This document shows, piece by piece, positions 44,161-52,691 of a DNA stretch of 54,230 nt. A model generated the notes under the pieces. The model was given only the letters and a program-made list of their open reading frames with translations, ran no database searches and was not told where the DNA came from. This DNA is from a virus (Duplodnaviria; Caudoviricetes): the IMG/VR virus record IMGVR_UViG_3300023179_000138, positions 1-54,230 of that record; one strand, 5' to 3'. Both the position numbers and the translations under genes were made by a program. The number at the start of each line of letters is the position of its first letter. The stretch's first letter is position 1.

Positions 44161-44490
44161 TTACCCCAGTGCTCGTGCTTCTCGGCGATTGGACGCCTCG
44201 ATACTTCTCCAAACATCTACGCGTGCTTGCGCCGCTACGAGATCCCATCTCAGCTTCTCCTCGATTTCAATGGCCTCTCTGAGGCCCTTCAACAACTCTC
44301 TGTAATCCGGGTGGGCATAAGCCTCACGCTCTTGGGCTCCGACCGTCTCCTCAAAAGACTCCTTCATCAGGATGGCCTTCTTAGACTTGCGGAACTCCTC
44401 AAGGTAAATGCGCTCGGCCTTAGCCTTAGCGAACATCTCGGCGTGCTTGATGATGTAGTCAATCGCCTGATTCGGATCTATGTCTCTCAT
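44161..44490 (-). CDS. Conserved coiled-coil protein (UvsY-like recombination mediator candidate)
   Basis: 'AKAERIYLEEFRKSKKAILM...QEREAYAHPDY...WRSIEASNR'. Confidence 0.7.
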   Translation of the reverse strand: MRDIDPNQAIDYIIKHAEMFAKAKAERIYLEEFRKSKKAILMKESFEETVGAQEREAYAHPDYRELLKGLREAIEIEEKLRWDLVAAQARVDVWRSIEASNRREARALG

Positions 44491-44645
44491 GTGCTCTCCA
44501 TCTTTACCGGCAGACAGTAGTAGTTGCCGGGGGCAGTCTGCTCATACTCAGCTCGTGCGCTCTGGCACTCTTCTAGCGTGTCCAGCGTTTCAATCAGTGA
44601 CCAGTGACCGCTACTCAACAACAGCAGGTTGAACCAGATGATCAT
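44487..44645 (-). CDS. Small protein with a hydrophobic N-terminus and two Cys
   Basis: MIIWFNLLLL...EECQ...YYCLP; AGAGG RBS. Confidence 0.55.
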   Translation of the reverse strand: MIIWFNLLLLSSGHWSLIETLDTLEECQSARAEYEQTAPGNYYCLPVKMEST

Positions 44646-45033
44646 CTCGGACCTCTCTTGCGACGGTTGCCCAAGCCTCCAGACTGCATTCGACGGTGTA
44701 GTCAAAGTCAGTCCACCAATCTGCACGCTGAGTGTGTACGTGTACACACAATGGATATACAGCCCTCCACTCACCCCTCTGGCGCTTGTAGATCAGCAGC
44801 GGGATCAGTCCCTTTGATTGGTCGCAGGCTTGTGCCCACCAGCCCTTCAGATCGCCCATAGTCGCTTTGGCGTGGTCCTTGACCTCTACGGCCCAGCCGG
44901 GCACGCCAATCAAGTCCGTGTCGCCGTGGTCGTTCCTAACGCGTCTGTGCGCATCCCAGCCGGTCAGCTCGAAGATTATGTTGGCGACCGCACGCTCACC
45001 GCGCTTGCCTTTGTCTCGAGAGAACTTACTCAT
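44611..45033 (-). CDS. Holliday junction resolvase-like PD-(D/E)XK nuclease
   Basis: 'SRDKGKRGER', 'DLIG', 'AVEVK'. Confidence 0.8.
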   Translation of the reverse strand: MSKFSRDKGKRGERAVANIIFELTGWDAHRRVRNDHGDTDLIGVPGWAVEVKDHAKATMGDLKGWWAQACDQSKGLIPLLIYKRQRGEWRAVYPLCVHVHTQRADWWTDFDYTVECSLEAWATVAREVRDDHLVQPAVVE

Positions 45034-45301
45034 CGTTCTGTCCGAAAAGCTTCTGAGCCTTCTTGCGGCGATCCTCATGAATGCGAGCCATGAAGTCCTT
45101 CAGCATCTCGCTGGCGGTCTTACCGCGGATCTTCTCGCGCTCTGCCAAACCCTCCCGGCGCTGCGGCATGGGATAGGTCAGCAGGCGTTTAGCTTCGCAC
45201 TCGAGCGCCCATAGGTGGCAGTTACTACAGACCTTGCAGCCGTCCTGCAGCGTGACCATGCTGGGCGCGTACTCGCACTTGTTAGAGCCTAGGCAAGGCA
45301 T
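45026..45301 (-). CDS. Hypothetical Cys-rich protein
   Basis: 'W.LECEAK.LL...RR..L...EKIRG'. Confidence 0.65.
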   Translation of the reverse strand: MPCLGSNKCEYAPSMVTLQDGCKVCSNCHLWALECEAKRLLTYPMPQRREGLAEREKIRGKTASEMLKDFMARIHEDRRKKAQKLFGQNDE

Positions 45302-45609
45302 CCCCGCCTCCTTGGGTTCTTGGCCGATCGCCGATTCATCTCGGACTGGTGGCGGTGGCGTTTGATTTGAGACTCCGCGACCGCATGCACGTAACCCCCG
45401 GCGGTCAGCTCAAAGAACTCCTCGAGCACCGGCTGCACGCAATCCAGATCCAGCTTGACGTGCCTCGCCAGAGCCTCCGGGTTTGCAATCAGCGGGGCCT
45501 CGCTCAGGTAGTACAGATCTAACAGCCTGCGATACGCGAGATCTTCCGCGTCTGGCAGGTGATGGGTGTCTTGGATGTAGTCAGCGACGTAGAACTTGTA
45601 CCACTTCAT
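45289..45609 (-). CDS. YdaU/DUF1376-like protein (N-terminal domain only)
   Basis: 'WYKFYVADYIQDTHHL...DLAYRRLLDLYYLSEAPL'; only 106 aa. Confidence 0.8.
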   Translation of the reverse strand: MKWYKFYVADYIQDTHHLPDAEDLAYRRLLDLYYLSEAPLIANPEALARHVKLDLDCVQPVLEEFFELTAGGYVHAVAESQIKRHRHQSEMNRRSAKNPRRRGCLA

Positions 45610-45815
45610 AGATATAAATCCGGTCGCAAGTCTGCACGAGTCACGGCGCTGTTGGTCAGGCGCTCAATGGCCACCGCCATCTCTGCGCTTGGCGTGCCGC
45701 GACCATAGATAACTTGAGACAGCCACGTCCGGGTAATCCCAAGAGCAGTGGCCATGTTTGCCTTGCTGCCGTGTGGCTGTGTGAGGAAGTACTTCGCAAG
45801 CTTCGTTGGTTCCAT
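45606..45815 (-). CDS. Cro/YdaS-like HTH regulator
   Basis: 'MATALGITRTWLSQ...IERLTNSAVTRADLRPDLY'. Confidence 0.85.
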   Translation of the reverse strand: MEPTKLAKYFLTQPHGSKANMATALGITRTWLSQVIYGRGTPSAEMAVAIERLTNSAVTRADLRPDLYL

Positions 45816-45927
45816 GGTGCCTCCTTGAACTCCATGTTACACCGTATGTCTACTATGGCATAGATGTTGTAAGTGTGAAAATGATGTGTTATGGTGGTGT
45901 TGTCGTACCAAACGACACGGAGAAATT
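45816..45927. promoter_or_regulatory. Divergent promoter region
   Basis: AT-richer 110-bp gap where transcription switches strand. Confidence 0.55.
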
Positions 45928-46083
45928 ATGGACATTGACGACGCATACGAGGCTGCCCATCAGGCAGAGCTTGAGCTGCAACAGATGCTTGAAGAAGCTT
46001 TACAGCGTGTTGAGCGCAAAGAGGCGACTAAAGAAGACATATCTATTTTGAGATACGCGTGTGGACTAGGGAGAAAGACATGA
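45928..46083 (+). CDS. Small hypothetical protein
   Basis: GGAG-N4-ATG; MDIDDAYEAAHQ... Confidence 0.65.
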   Translation: MDIDDAYEAAHQAELELQQMLEEALQRVERKEATKEDISILRYACGLGRKT

Positions 46084-46760
46084 TCGTTGCAAAAGGCACA
46101 GATAGCGGCAAAAAATTTAAGTTAGTTCCGGCGGGTTTACATCTTGCGCGGTGCTACAGAGCCATTGATCTTGGAACGCAGATTTTTCTCACAAAAGGCG
46201 AAGAGAAAAAAAATCGCAAGGTGCTCATTCAGTTTGAGGTGCACGGCGAAGACGAGTTTGGCAACCCGATGGTCACCGATAACGGCGACCCCATGATAAT
46301 TGGCAAAAACTACACCCTGAGCCTCGGCGAGATGGCCGCTCTGCGGAAACATCTACAGGTTTGGCGGGGCCGAGAGTTTACGCCAAAAGAGTTGGAAGGT
46401 TTCCAGCTCTCCAACATCCTCGATCAGTGGGCGATGTTGGCCGTCATCCATACCACCGGTAACGATGGCCGCACCTACGCAAACATTGATTCGGTGATGC
46501 CTGTACCGGCAAACATCAAAAAGGCTGGTCTGCCTGTTGGTCACAACAAGCCGGTCATCTTCTCGATTGACAGCCCGGACATGGAGATCTTTGAGAGTTT
46601 TTCGGATGGCCTCAAAGCAAGAATTGAGAAGTCACCGGAGTGGCGGTCGCGTATGTCTTATGCACCAGCCCCTGTTAGGGATTCACGCCCGGTGGCTCAA
46701 CAGCATTCACGACCGGCAGCGCCGGCTGTGGAGTTTGAAGAAGACGACGTACCTTTCTGA
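46080..46760 (+). CDS. Putative single-stranded DNA-binding protein
   Basis: 'PAGLHLARCYRAIDLGTQ', 'YTLSLGEMAALRK', and an SSB-type acidic tail 'EEDDVPF'. Confidence 0.7.
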   Translation: MIVAKGTDSGKKFKLVPAGLHLARCYRAIDLGTQIFLTKGEEKKNRKVLIQFEVHGEDEFGNPMVTDNGDPMIIGKNYTLSLGEMAALRKHLQVWRGREFTPKELEGFQLSNILDQWAMLAVIHTTGNDGRTYANIDSVMPVPANIKKAGLPVGHNKPVIFSIDSPDMEIFESFSDGLKARIEKSPEWRSRMSYAPAPVRDSRPVAQQHSRPAAPAVEFEEDDVPF

Positions 46761-46770
46761 GGAGAAAAGC

Positions 46771-46977
46771 ATGATTTTGAAGATTAAGCACAACGGCGTT
46801 GAGATTGAGTTCAGCGCGAACGATTTGCAACAGGTTGCCCAAAAGGTGTCCGAGGTTGCAAAGCCCGCAGTAGCGAAGTCCGTGGTTACCAAGGTCGTGC
46901 GCGGCCGCGGTCGCCCGAAAGGTAGTAAGAGCAAACCCTCGGTCAAGGTTGTCCCGCCTATTGAATTGGCGGCTTGA
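46771..46977 (+). CDS. Small AT-hook protein
   Basis: 'RGRGRPKGSK'; GAGGAG RBS. Confidence 0.7.
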   Translation: MILKIKHNGVEIEFSANDLQQVAQKVSEVAKPAVAKSVVTKVVRGRGRPKGSKSKPSVKVVPPIELAA

Positions 46978-47021
46978 TCTAAAGCCGATGGGTTGTCCAC
47001 GAGTTAATTGGGAGAGCAAAA

Positions 47022-47219
47022 ATGCAAAGCGATTTCATGCAACGGCAGTACGAGGTGGCACAGCAACTCATCGGCTGCATGACCACCGACATTGAGTATC
47101 AGCGTCAACTGGCTGACCTGTCTCATCACTATGAGCACAAGCTGGCACAACGCGACCGCAAAATCAGCAAACTTGAATCCACGATTCAGGCGATGCAGGT
47201 TTTGAACGGCGCTCGCTAA
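47022..47219 (+). CDS. Small coiled-coil hypothetical protein
   Basis: 65 aa with GGAG RBS. Confidence 0.65.
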   Translation: MQSDFMQRQYEVAQQLIGCMTTDIEYQRQLADLSHHYEHKLAQRDRKISKLESTIQAMQVLNGAR

Positions 47220-47530
47220 TGTCCGTCAACTTTGAAATCCTGCAGTCCAATGTCATTCAATGGGCGTTGGACCGCGGGATTGTTCATCACTCAAATCCTC
47301 GGGCTCAACTGCTGAAGATGTTCAGCGAGGCCGGGGAGCTTGCAGACGGCGAAGCAAAAGGAAAGCTTGACGACATCGAAGATGCCGTTGGCGACATCGC
47401 TGTCTGTCTCATCATCTACTGCCACTTCTATGGCCTGACCGTGCCGAAGTGTCTCGAAGCCGCTTGGCATGAGATCAAGGACCGCAAAGGTCGAATGATT
47501 GAAGGTGGCGTCTTCGTGAAGGAGTCTTGA
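47219..47530 (+). CDS. MazG-like nucleotide pyrophosphohydrolase
   Basis: 'QLLKMFSEAGELA', 'EDAVGD', 'AWHEIKDRKG...GVFVKE'. Confidence 0.85.
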   Translation: MSVNFEILQSNVIQWALDRGIVHHSNPRAQLLKMFSEAGELADGEAKGKLDDIEDAVGDIAVCLIIYCHFYGLTVPKCLEAAWHEIKDRKGRMIEGGVFVKES

Positions 47531-48288
47531 TGTCTATCGTCGTGTCCGAGCCAAAGGTTTCGGAGCATTGGTATTCCCGCGATGGTATGCCGATGTATAC
47601 CGTCGAGTCAGCAAAGGGCACGCAACGCCCTACAACGCTCCGTGACGCACGCAAACTGAATCTTGTACCCTCGGTGACCACCATCATCAATGTGGCCGCC
47701 AAACCCGCTCTTACGCAGTGGCTGCAGAAGCAGGTCTTGATGGCTGCACTGACTCTGCCGAAGGTCAACGATGAGACCGAGGAGCAGTACATCGCTCGCA
47801 TCATTCTTGACGCTAAGGAGCAGGGTAAGGCAGCGGCCGATCGTGGCACTGAGATCCACGAGGCAATCCAGAAGGCTTACGAGGACCAGCACTATCCGTT
47901 CGGCTTCTCGGAGTTTGTCACTGGCTGCCAGAAGACTTTGGAAGACTTCTTTGGTAAGCGTGACTGGATCTGCGAACGATCGTTTGCCCACGACCTAGGA
48001 TACGGCGGGAAGTGTGACCTGCACTGCGATGGTCTGGTGGTGGACATCAAGACCAAAGAGTTTGCAGAGGGCGACGACGTAACTTTGTACGACGACTACA
48101 TGCTGCAGCTGGCTGCCTACCGGGTAGGTCTGGGTATGCCCGAGGCACGCTGCGCTAACGTCTTTGTGTCCCGCAACAACCCCGGGGTGGTGTCCGTCTA
48201 TGAGTGGCCAGAAGAGGACATCAAGCGCGGCTGGGCGATGTTCTGCTGCCTGCTCGAGTACTGGCAGCTCAGAAACAATCACGTGTAA
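47530..48288 (+). CDS. PD-(D/E)XK exonuclease
   Basis: 'PSVTTII', 'RGTEIH', 'YGGKCDL', 'VDIKT', 'QLAAY'. Confidence 0.85.
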   Translation: MSIVVSEPKVSEHWYSRDGMPMYTVESAKGTQRPTTLRDARKLNLVPSVTTIINVAAKPALTQWLQKQVLMAALTLPKVNDETEEQYIARIILDAKEQGKAAADRGTEIHEAIQKAYEDQHYPFGFSEFVTGCQKTLEDFFGKRDWICERSFAHDLGYGGKCDLHCDGLVVDIKTKEFAEGDDVTLYDDYMLQLAAYRVGLGMPEARCANVFVSRNNPGVVSVYEWPEEDIKRGWAMFCCLLEYWQLRNNHV

Positions 48289-48300
48289 AAGGAGAGAACC

Positions 48301-48507
48301 ATGCTAACCAATGAAGACTTCCGCAAGCTTTACCTGCAGTGTGACTGCAAAGACTTTGAGAATGGCGTCTTCGCCGACGAGGTGGACATCCTCGAGTACG
48401 GCCGGGCCGTCGAGGTTGAAGCTGCCAAACGCGAGCGAGAGCGATGCATTGAGTTTGCTGCTACCCTGAACAAGGTTGTGGCGGAGGCGATGCAAGAGCA
48501 GCTGTAA
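48301..48507 (+). CDS. Hypothetical protein
   Basis: 68 aa with AAGGAG RBS. Confidence 0.65.
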   Translation: MLTNEDFRKLYLQCDCKDFENGVFADEVDILEYGRAVEVEAAKRERERCIEFAATLNKVVAEAMQEQL

Positions 48508-48533
48508 AAAAAGCCCCTCACACGAGGGGCTAA
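48506..48533. terminator. Terminator between convergent modules
   Basis: A-tract followed by AGCCCCTC-ACAC-GAGGGGCT. The U-tract is on the minus strand. Confidence 0.7.
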
Positions 48534-48600
48534 TCACTTCTAAGGAGGAAGCTCAGTTAAGAGCACTCCGATGGTGTCAGATGAACATCACAGGCGTATT

Positions 48601-50010
48601 TCAGAACCCAAAGTCGCCCATGGGGTTTGACGGGATTACGTCAGGCTTATAGCCAAGCCGCTCATTCTCTCGAGCGCGATCGCGTGCAAAACGAGCGGCG
48701 GCGGCTGCTGCACTTACTGGGATGCCCACTGCAGCGGTAGCTGGATGTATGGAAGCCAACCCGCCCAGACCTTCAACTGCAGACAAAGCAATCTCGCCAG
48801 CATCAGGGTTGGGCTTGCGAAGCTCTTGAGCCACTCTTGTTACATCACCAGCGGCTAAAGCGCCACCAGCAGCTGGACTTAAGTAACGCATCAACGGCGT
48901 ATTGGCAAACCGACGAAATAGCGAAGTAACCTCTTCAAGCGCACCAGCGGGCTTGGGAGTAACTGGCGATACCGGGGGGGGTTTTGCACCACCAATCTGG
49001 CCTTGAGGGCCTCGGGGGCCAGTGTATGGGGTCTGCTTAGGAACCATCAAACCACCACGAGTCGGGTCTTCAGCCATGCCAGCGGCGGGGGCCATACCTT
49101 GCAGACGCTCAAGTGCGGCAGCACGAGCCTTAATCAGCTCATCAGCACTACCCGGCGCATTGCCCATAGCGGTGGCGCGACCAGCCTCAATGTCACCAAG
49201 ACCAAATTTTTTACCCCAGTTGGCCGTACCAGATCCACCGGCAGGTTGCCCACCACTAATATCTGGGCCAGCGGGGCTTACACCAGCCAAAGGCGTCCCT
49301 GCCGCCGGAGGCATTCCGCCAGTGACGGGAGCAATGTTTCTAGCACTTGCAGCACCCTCTGCCGCTTTGCGTGCTAGGTTTTCAACCACGCTACCACCGA
49401 TGTCTCTGGCGCCTTGAGCAAGACCCAAAGCAGCTCCGGCGCCGCCACCATATATCTGCGCCTGACGAACGTCTTGATCGTCTATGTTCTGTTTCAAGCG
49501 CCGCTCAATCTCTTCTGGGCTTTCTTCTTGACTGGGCTGAACTTGGGGAGCTTGCGGCTCTGTCTGGACCTCAGCTACTTGGGGCTGAGATTCAAATGCA
49601 CCGAACTCTTTTAATGACCGTAAGTAGTTCTCCGTCTCTTTGGGCAGTTCGCCGCCGGCAAAGAACGGGTGCGCAGGGCCCGCGTTGTAAGCAACCACGG
49701 CCAAGCGCGGATCATCTGGGAATTTGTCGAGCATGTCTTTCAAAACTCGAACGCCAACGTCAATGTTGGTGTCCGGGTCAATCAACTCTTTTTTGTCTAC
49801 GCCATACGCTTTGGCGGTGCCCGGCATGACTTGCATAATGCCAAGTGCGCCCTTCGGGCTGCTTCCAACATTTGGGCGAAGTCGGCTCTCTTGATAGGCA
49901 ACAGATACGGCCAGATTTGGGTCAATGCCAAGCTGTTTTGCCTTTTCGGCGACTTTGATGGCAAAGTCTACTTGTTCATCATCTAAGTCTTTTTGGAAAG
50001 ATAGAGGCAT
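48601..50010 (-). CDS. Ejection protein with an N-terminal lytic transglycosylase (SLT) domain
   Basis: 'AYQESR', 'GALGIMQVMPGTA', 'AYNAGP'. Confidence 0.88.
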   Translation of the reverse strand: MPLSFQKDLDDEQVDFAIKVAEKAKQLGIDPNLAVSVAYQESRLRPNVGSSPKGALGIMQVMPGTAKAYGVDKKELIDPDTNIDVGVRVLKDMLDKFPDDPRLAVVAYNAGPAHPFFAGGELPKETENYLRSLKEFGAFESQPQVAEVQTEPQAPQVQPSQEESPEEIERRLKQNIDDQDVRQAQIYGGGAGAALGLAQGARDIGGSVVENLARKAAEGAASARNIAPVTGGMPPAAGTPLAGVSPAGPDISGGQPAGGSGTANWGKKFGLGDIEAGRATAMGNAPGSADELIKARAAALERLQGMAPAAGMAEDPTRGGLMVPKQTPYTGPRGPQGQIGGAKPPPVSPVTPKPAGALEEVTSLFRRFANTPLMRYLSPAAGGALAAGDVTRVAQELRKPNPDAGEIALSAVEGLGGLASIHPATAAVGIPVSAAAAAARFARDRARENERLGYKPDVIPSNPMGDFGF

Positions 50011-50012
50011 TA

Positions 50013-51704
50013 TTATTTCCCTAGCAGTTCATCAAGGCGACGGGACGCACTATCAGACGGTTTGCGCTCACGAGAAGGAACAGCGGGCGCAGTTCCAAAG
50101 ATAGATGCAAGCCGTTTTTCAAACGCTCTTTCAAGATTCTTTGCGCCCGTCGAACGCTCAAACTGATCAATCGTGCCATTGGGGTTTTGATCTTGCCACT
50201 GGTGGAAGGCATCAACACGGTCAATGTCGTACTGGGAACGCTCTTTCAAAAGCTGCATACGAGATTTCAAAACGCTTGGGCTGTTACTAACACCGCCACC
50301 TAATCTGCGGACAATGGCACGTTCACCCTCAGTGATTGCACCCTGTTTTGTTAAATATAGTTGCGTGTAAGCAAGCTCAATTTCGGCAAGATCGGCCGCT
50401 GCGTTAGTGACAGCGTCCAAGTCCTTTTGTTGAACGCCGGGCATAATTTTACGCATGGCGTTTTCAAAAGTGCCCTTTTCAACAGTAGCCTGAGGCGTTC
50501 TTTTAATGTCATCAAGAATGCTGCCAATTGATGCGACAAACCCCGGGCGCTCAAAGAGGCCAAAGTAGTTCCCAGACTTCTTGACAGCGTCTTCAACACG
50601 AGACGCAGAGCTATAAATGCTACGGGCCGATTGTTGAATTTTAGGCAACTCAGCCTCTCGAGCGGCGCTGGTTTCGGAGCGTTTTTGGGCTAACGCTTTT
50701 AACCGCGCTTCTTCAATTGCACGATCAGACTTTTCCTGCTCTTCCATCCTTTTTTGTTCTTCAACAGACAGGAACCTTGGCTGGCCGCCCGTTGGCGCTT
50801 GAGGCGCAGCTCCGGTTGGAGGATTCGCTGGTGTAGTTGTGCCTTGAGTTGGGGCTGCGGGAAGACCCGGGCTTATGTAAGGCTTGGCAAGGCGCATGTA
50901 CGTCGCTATGTCATTCCGAGACAAGGCATCGTCCATTTGCAAAGCAATCCCTTCTGGCACTTCAATTGTTGAAGGCTTGCCATCCCGAGACGGCACCTGA
51001 CGTTTTTCTAGCGTACCGGTCGGGCGGCCGTAGAACTTGCCAGTGCTGGCGTCAAACATTCCAGATTCTTTAATGTCGCGGCGCTTACGAAGAACCTCTT
51101 CCCACTTTAGAACAGCTTCTTCATACGGAACATTTTCCCTTCGCTGCTTGGCAAGGAACTGCTCTCGAGTCAGCAGCCCTTCCATAGGGGGCGCAATTTG
51201 AACACCTTGCGGGACACCTTGAGCGGCCGGGCTGGGCAATGCACCGCCCTCTGGGGCGGCTCCCGAAGGTGCGGAGCCATAGGCAATTAAAGGCCCAGTA
51301 GGACTGCCGCGGTCTGGCGCTTTAAAAAATCCCGCGGAAAGAGCACCCTGCGGAGCCATATCGTTTTGATATGACTTGTCTGCCTCTTTAAGGCGCTGCA
51401 GCGCAAGACCTTGCGTTGCTATATCTAGCTTGCCCTTAGCAATGTTCTGCTCTTCAAGGGCCATGGCCTCGTCGGCTTTGTTGACGTTGCCGACCACATT
51501 GCCAAGCACCTCACCCCAGCCACCAGTCCTAGTAGGCGCAAAGAACCCTTGGGCAGCTGCGGCCCAACGGGGATCCAGAATCCTATTCTTGCGCACATCC
51601 AACGACTGATTAAGCCTTGCCAATGCCTCTTGATATGCGCGATTGGCCTCAATGGCTTCTTGAGAAGTTTCTGGTAGATAGCCTACTGTAGATTTGTCAG
51701 CCAT
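50013..51704 (-). CDS. Putative ejection / DNA-transfer protein
   Basis: 563 aa, helical, with 'GFFAPTRTGGWGE' and 'QGAITEGER'; located in the ejection gene block. Confidence 0.6.
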   Translation of the reverse strand: MADKSTVGYLPETSQEAIEANRAYQEALARLNQSLDVRKNRILDPRWAAAAQGFFAPTRTGGWGEVLGNVVGNVNKADEAMALEEQNIAKGKLDIATQGLALQRLKEADKSYQNDMAPQGALSAGFFKAPDRGSPTGPLIAYGSAPSGAAPEGGALPSPAAQGVPQGVQIAPPMEGLLTREQFLAKQRRENVPYEEAVLKWEEVLRKRRDIKESGMFDASTGKFYGRPTGTLEKRQVPSRDGKPSTIEVPEGIALQMDDALSRNDIATYMRLAKPYISPGLPAAPTQGTTTPANPPTGAAPQAPTGGQPRFLSVEEQKRMEEQEKSDRAIEEARLKALAQKRSETSAAREAELPKIQQSARSIYSSASRVEDAVKKSGNYFGLFERPGFVASIGSILDDIKRTPQATVEKGTFENAMRKIMPGVQQKDLDAVTNAAADLAEIELAYTQLYLTKQGAITEGERAIVRRLGGGVSNSPSVLKSRMQLLKERSQYDIDRVDAFHQWQDQNPNGTIDQFERSTGAKNLERAFEKRLASIFGTAPAVPSRERKPSDSASRRLDELLGK

Positions 51705-51711
51705 TATTTAA

Positions 51712-52689
51712 TTACCCCGGCGGTGGAGTTCCATCTGGATTATCCAGATTTGTCCAATCAACTGAATTTGCGAGTGCATCAATTTCTTCAGCTGTCAATG
51801 TGTAATCCCCAAGGCCAAAGGTTTCAAGAATTTTCTGAAGGCCCTTTTTAACGCCTTGTGCGCCTCCAACGCCACCAATGACAGACAAAATCCCACCAAT
51901 GTTTTGAAAAGCTGATTGACCAAATTGGCCTTGCTGGCCCGGGGCAACAGTTTTTTCAGTTGACGAAATGGGAATCTGATAGTTGCGCAATAGTTGAGAT
52001 ACGTTTGTTGCATTGGTCAACGGATAATCCAGAAGGCTCTGCTGGTACTTCTGTCGTTCAGCCCCGGCACCGGTCAAAGCCTTGGCTCCGGCAAGTCCAA
52101 GCGTTTGCTGTTGTTCAGCAATCTTGGCTTGTGTTTGAGCGGCTTGGTTTTGCAGCTGCGCCTCATCAAGCGTTGCCTTGAGGGCATTCTGATAGCCAGA
52201 TGATAAAGCGCCATACTGTTTGCCAGTAAGGTCTGATTGAACATCAGCAAGTGTTTGACCCAAGGCACCAGCGTAGCGTTGGCTGCCTAATGCGCCGGAT
52301 CCAACAAACCCAGCCTTTACGGTTGGCAACAGGTTGCGCTGCAGATTCTGCTGCGACAACCGCGTCATCTCATTGACCACGTTCTGTTGGTACGGGTCCA
52401 TAAATTGAGAAATGCGCGACGTATCAATGCCACCGGCAACCTTTGCTGCGGTCTTCCCGGCGGCATCTAGGCCCGGCTTATAAGCACCAGCGGCAGCTTC
52501 ATACTGACCGTAGCCAGCAGTTTGCAAAGGATCGTACCCAGCAACACCCTCGGCGGCCGTCCTAGTAAGAGCGCCTTGGCCAACATTGGACAAAGCGTTC
52601 AGATAGTCAGTGTAGTAGCCCGGCGCTGACAGATTTTTGTCAACGGTTGTTGTTACGTTAGGTAACGCTTGGCCTTGAAAGAATCCCAT
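51712..52689 (-). CDS. Putative DNA pilot / ejection protein
   Basis: Gln/Ala/Gly-rich, with 'FMDPYQQNVV', 'GALGSQR' and a hydrophobic C-terminal Gly stretch. Confidence 0.65.
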   Translation of the reverse strand: MGFFQGQALPNVTTTVDKNLSAPGYYTDYLNALSNVGQGALTRTAAEGVAGYDPLQTAGYGQYEAAAGAYKPGLDAAGKTAAKVAGGIDTSRISQFMDPYQQNVVNEMTRLSQQNLQRNLLPTVKAGFVGSGALGSQRYAGALGQTLADVQSDLTGKQYGALSSGYQNALKATLDEAQLQNQAAQTQAKIAEQQQTLGLAGAKALTGAGAERQKYQQSLLDYPLTNATNVSQLLRNYQIPISSTEKTVAPGQQGQFGQSAFQNIGGILSVIGGVGGAQGVKKGLQKILETFGLGDYTLTAEEIDALANSVDWTNLDNPDGTPPPG

Positions 52690-52691
52690 CT

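Noticed and set aside
47530-48288. Cas4 / CRISPR adaptation gene
   Set aside because: It lacks the four-Cys Fe-S pattern and any cas context; it is an ordinary phage PD-(D/E)XK exonuclease.
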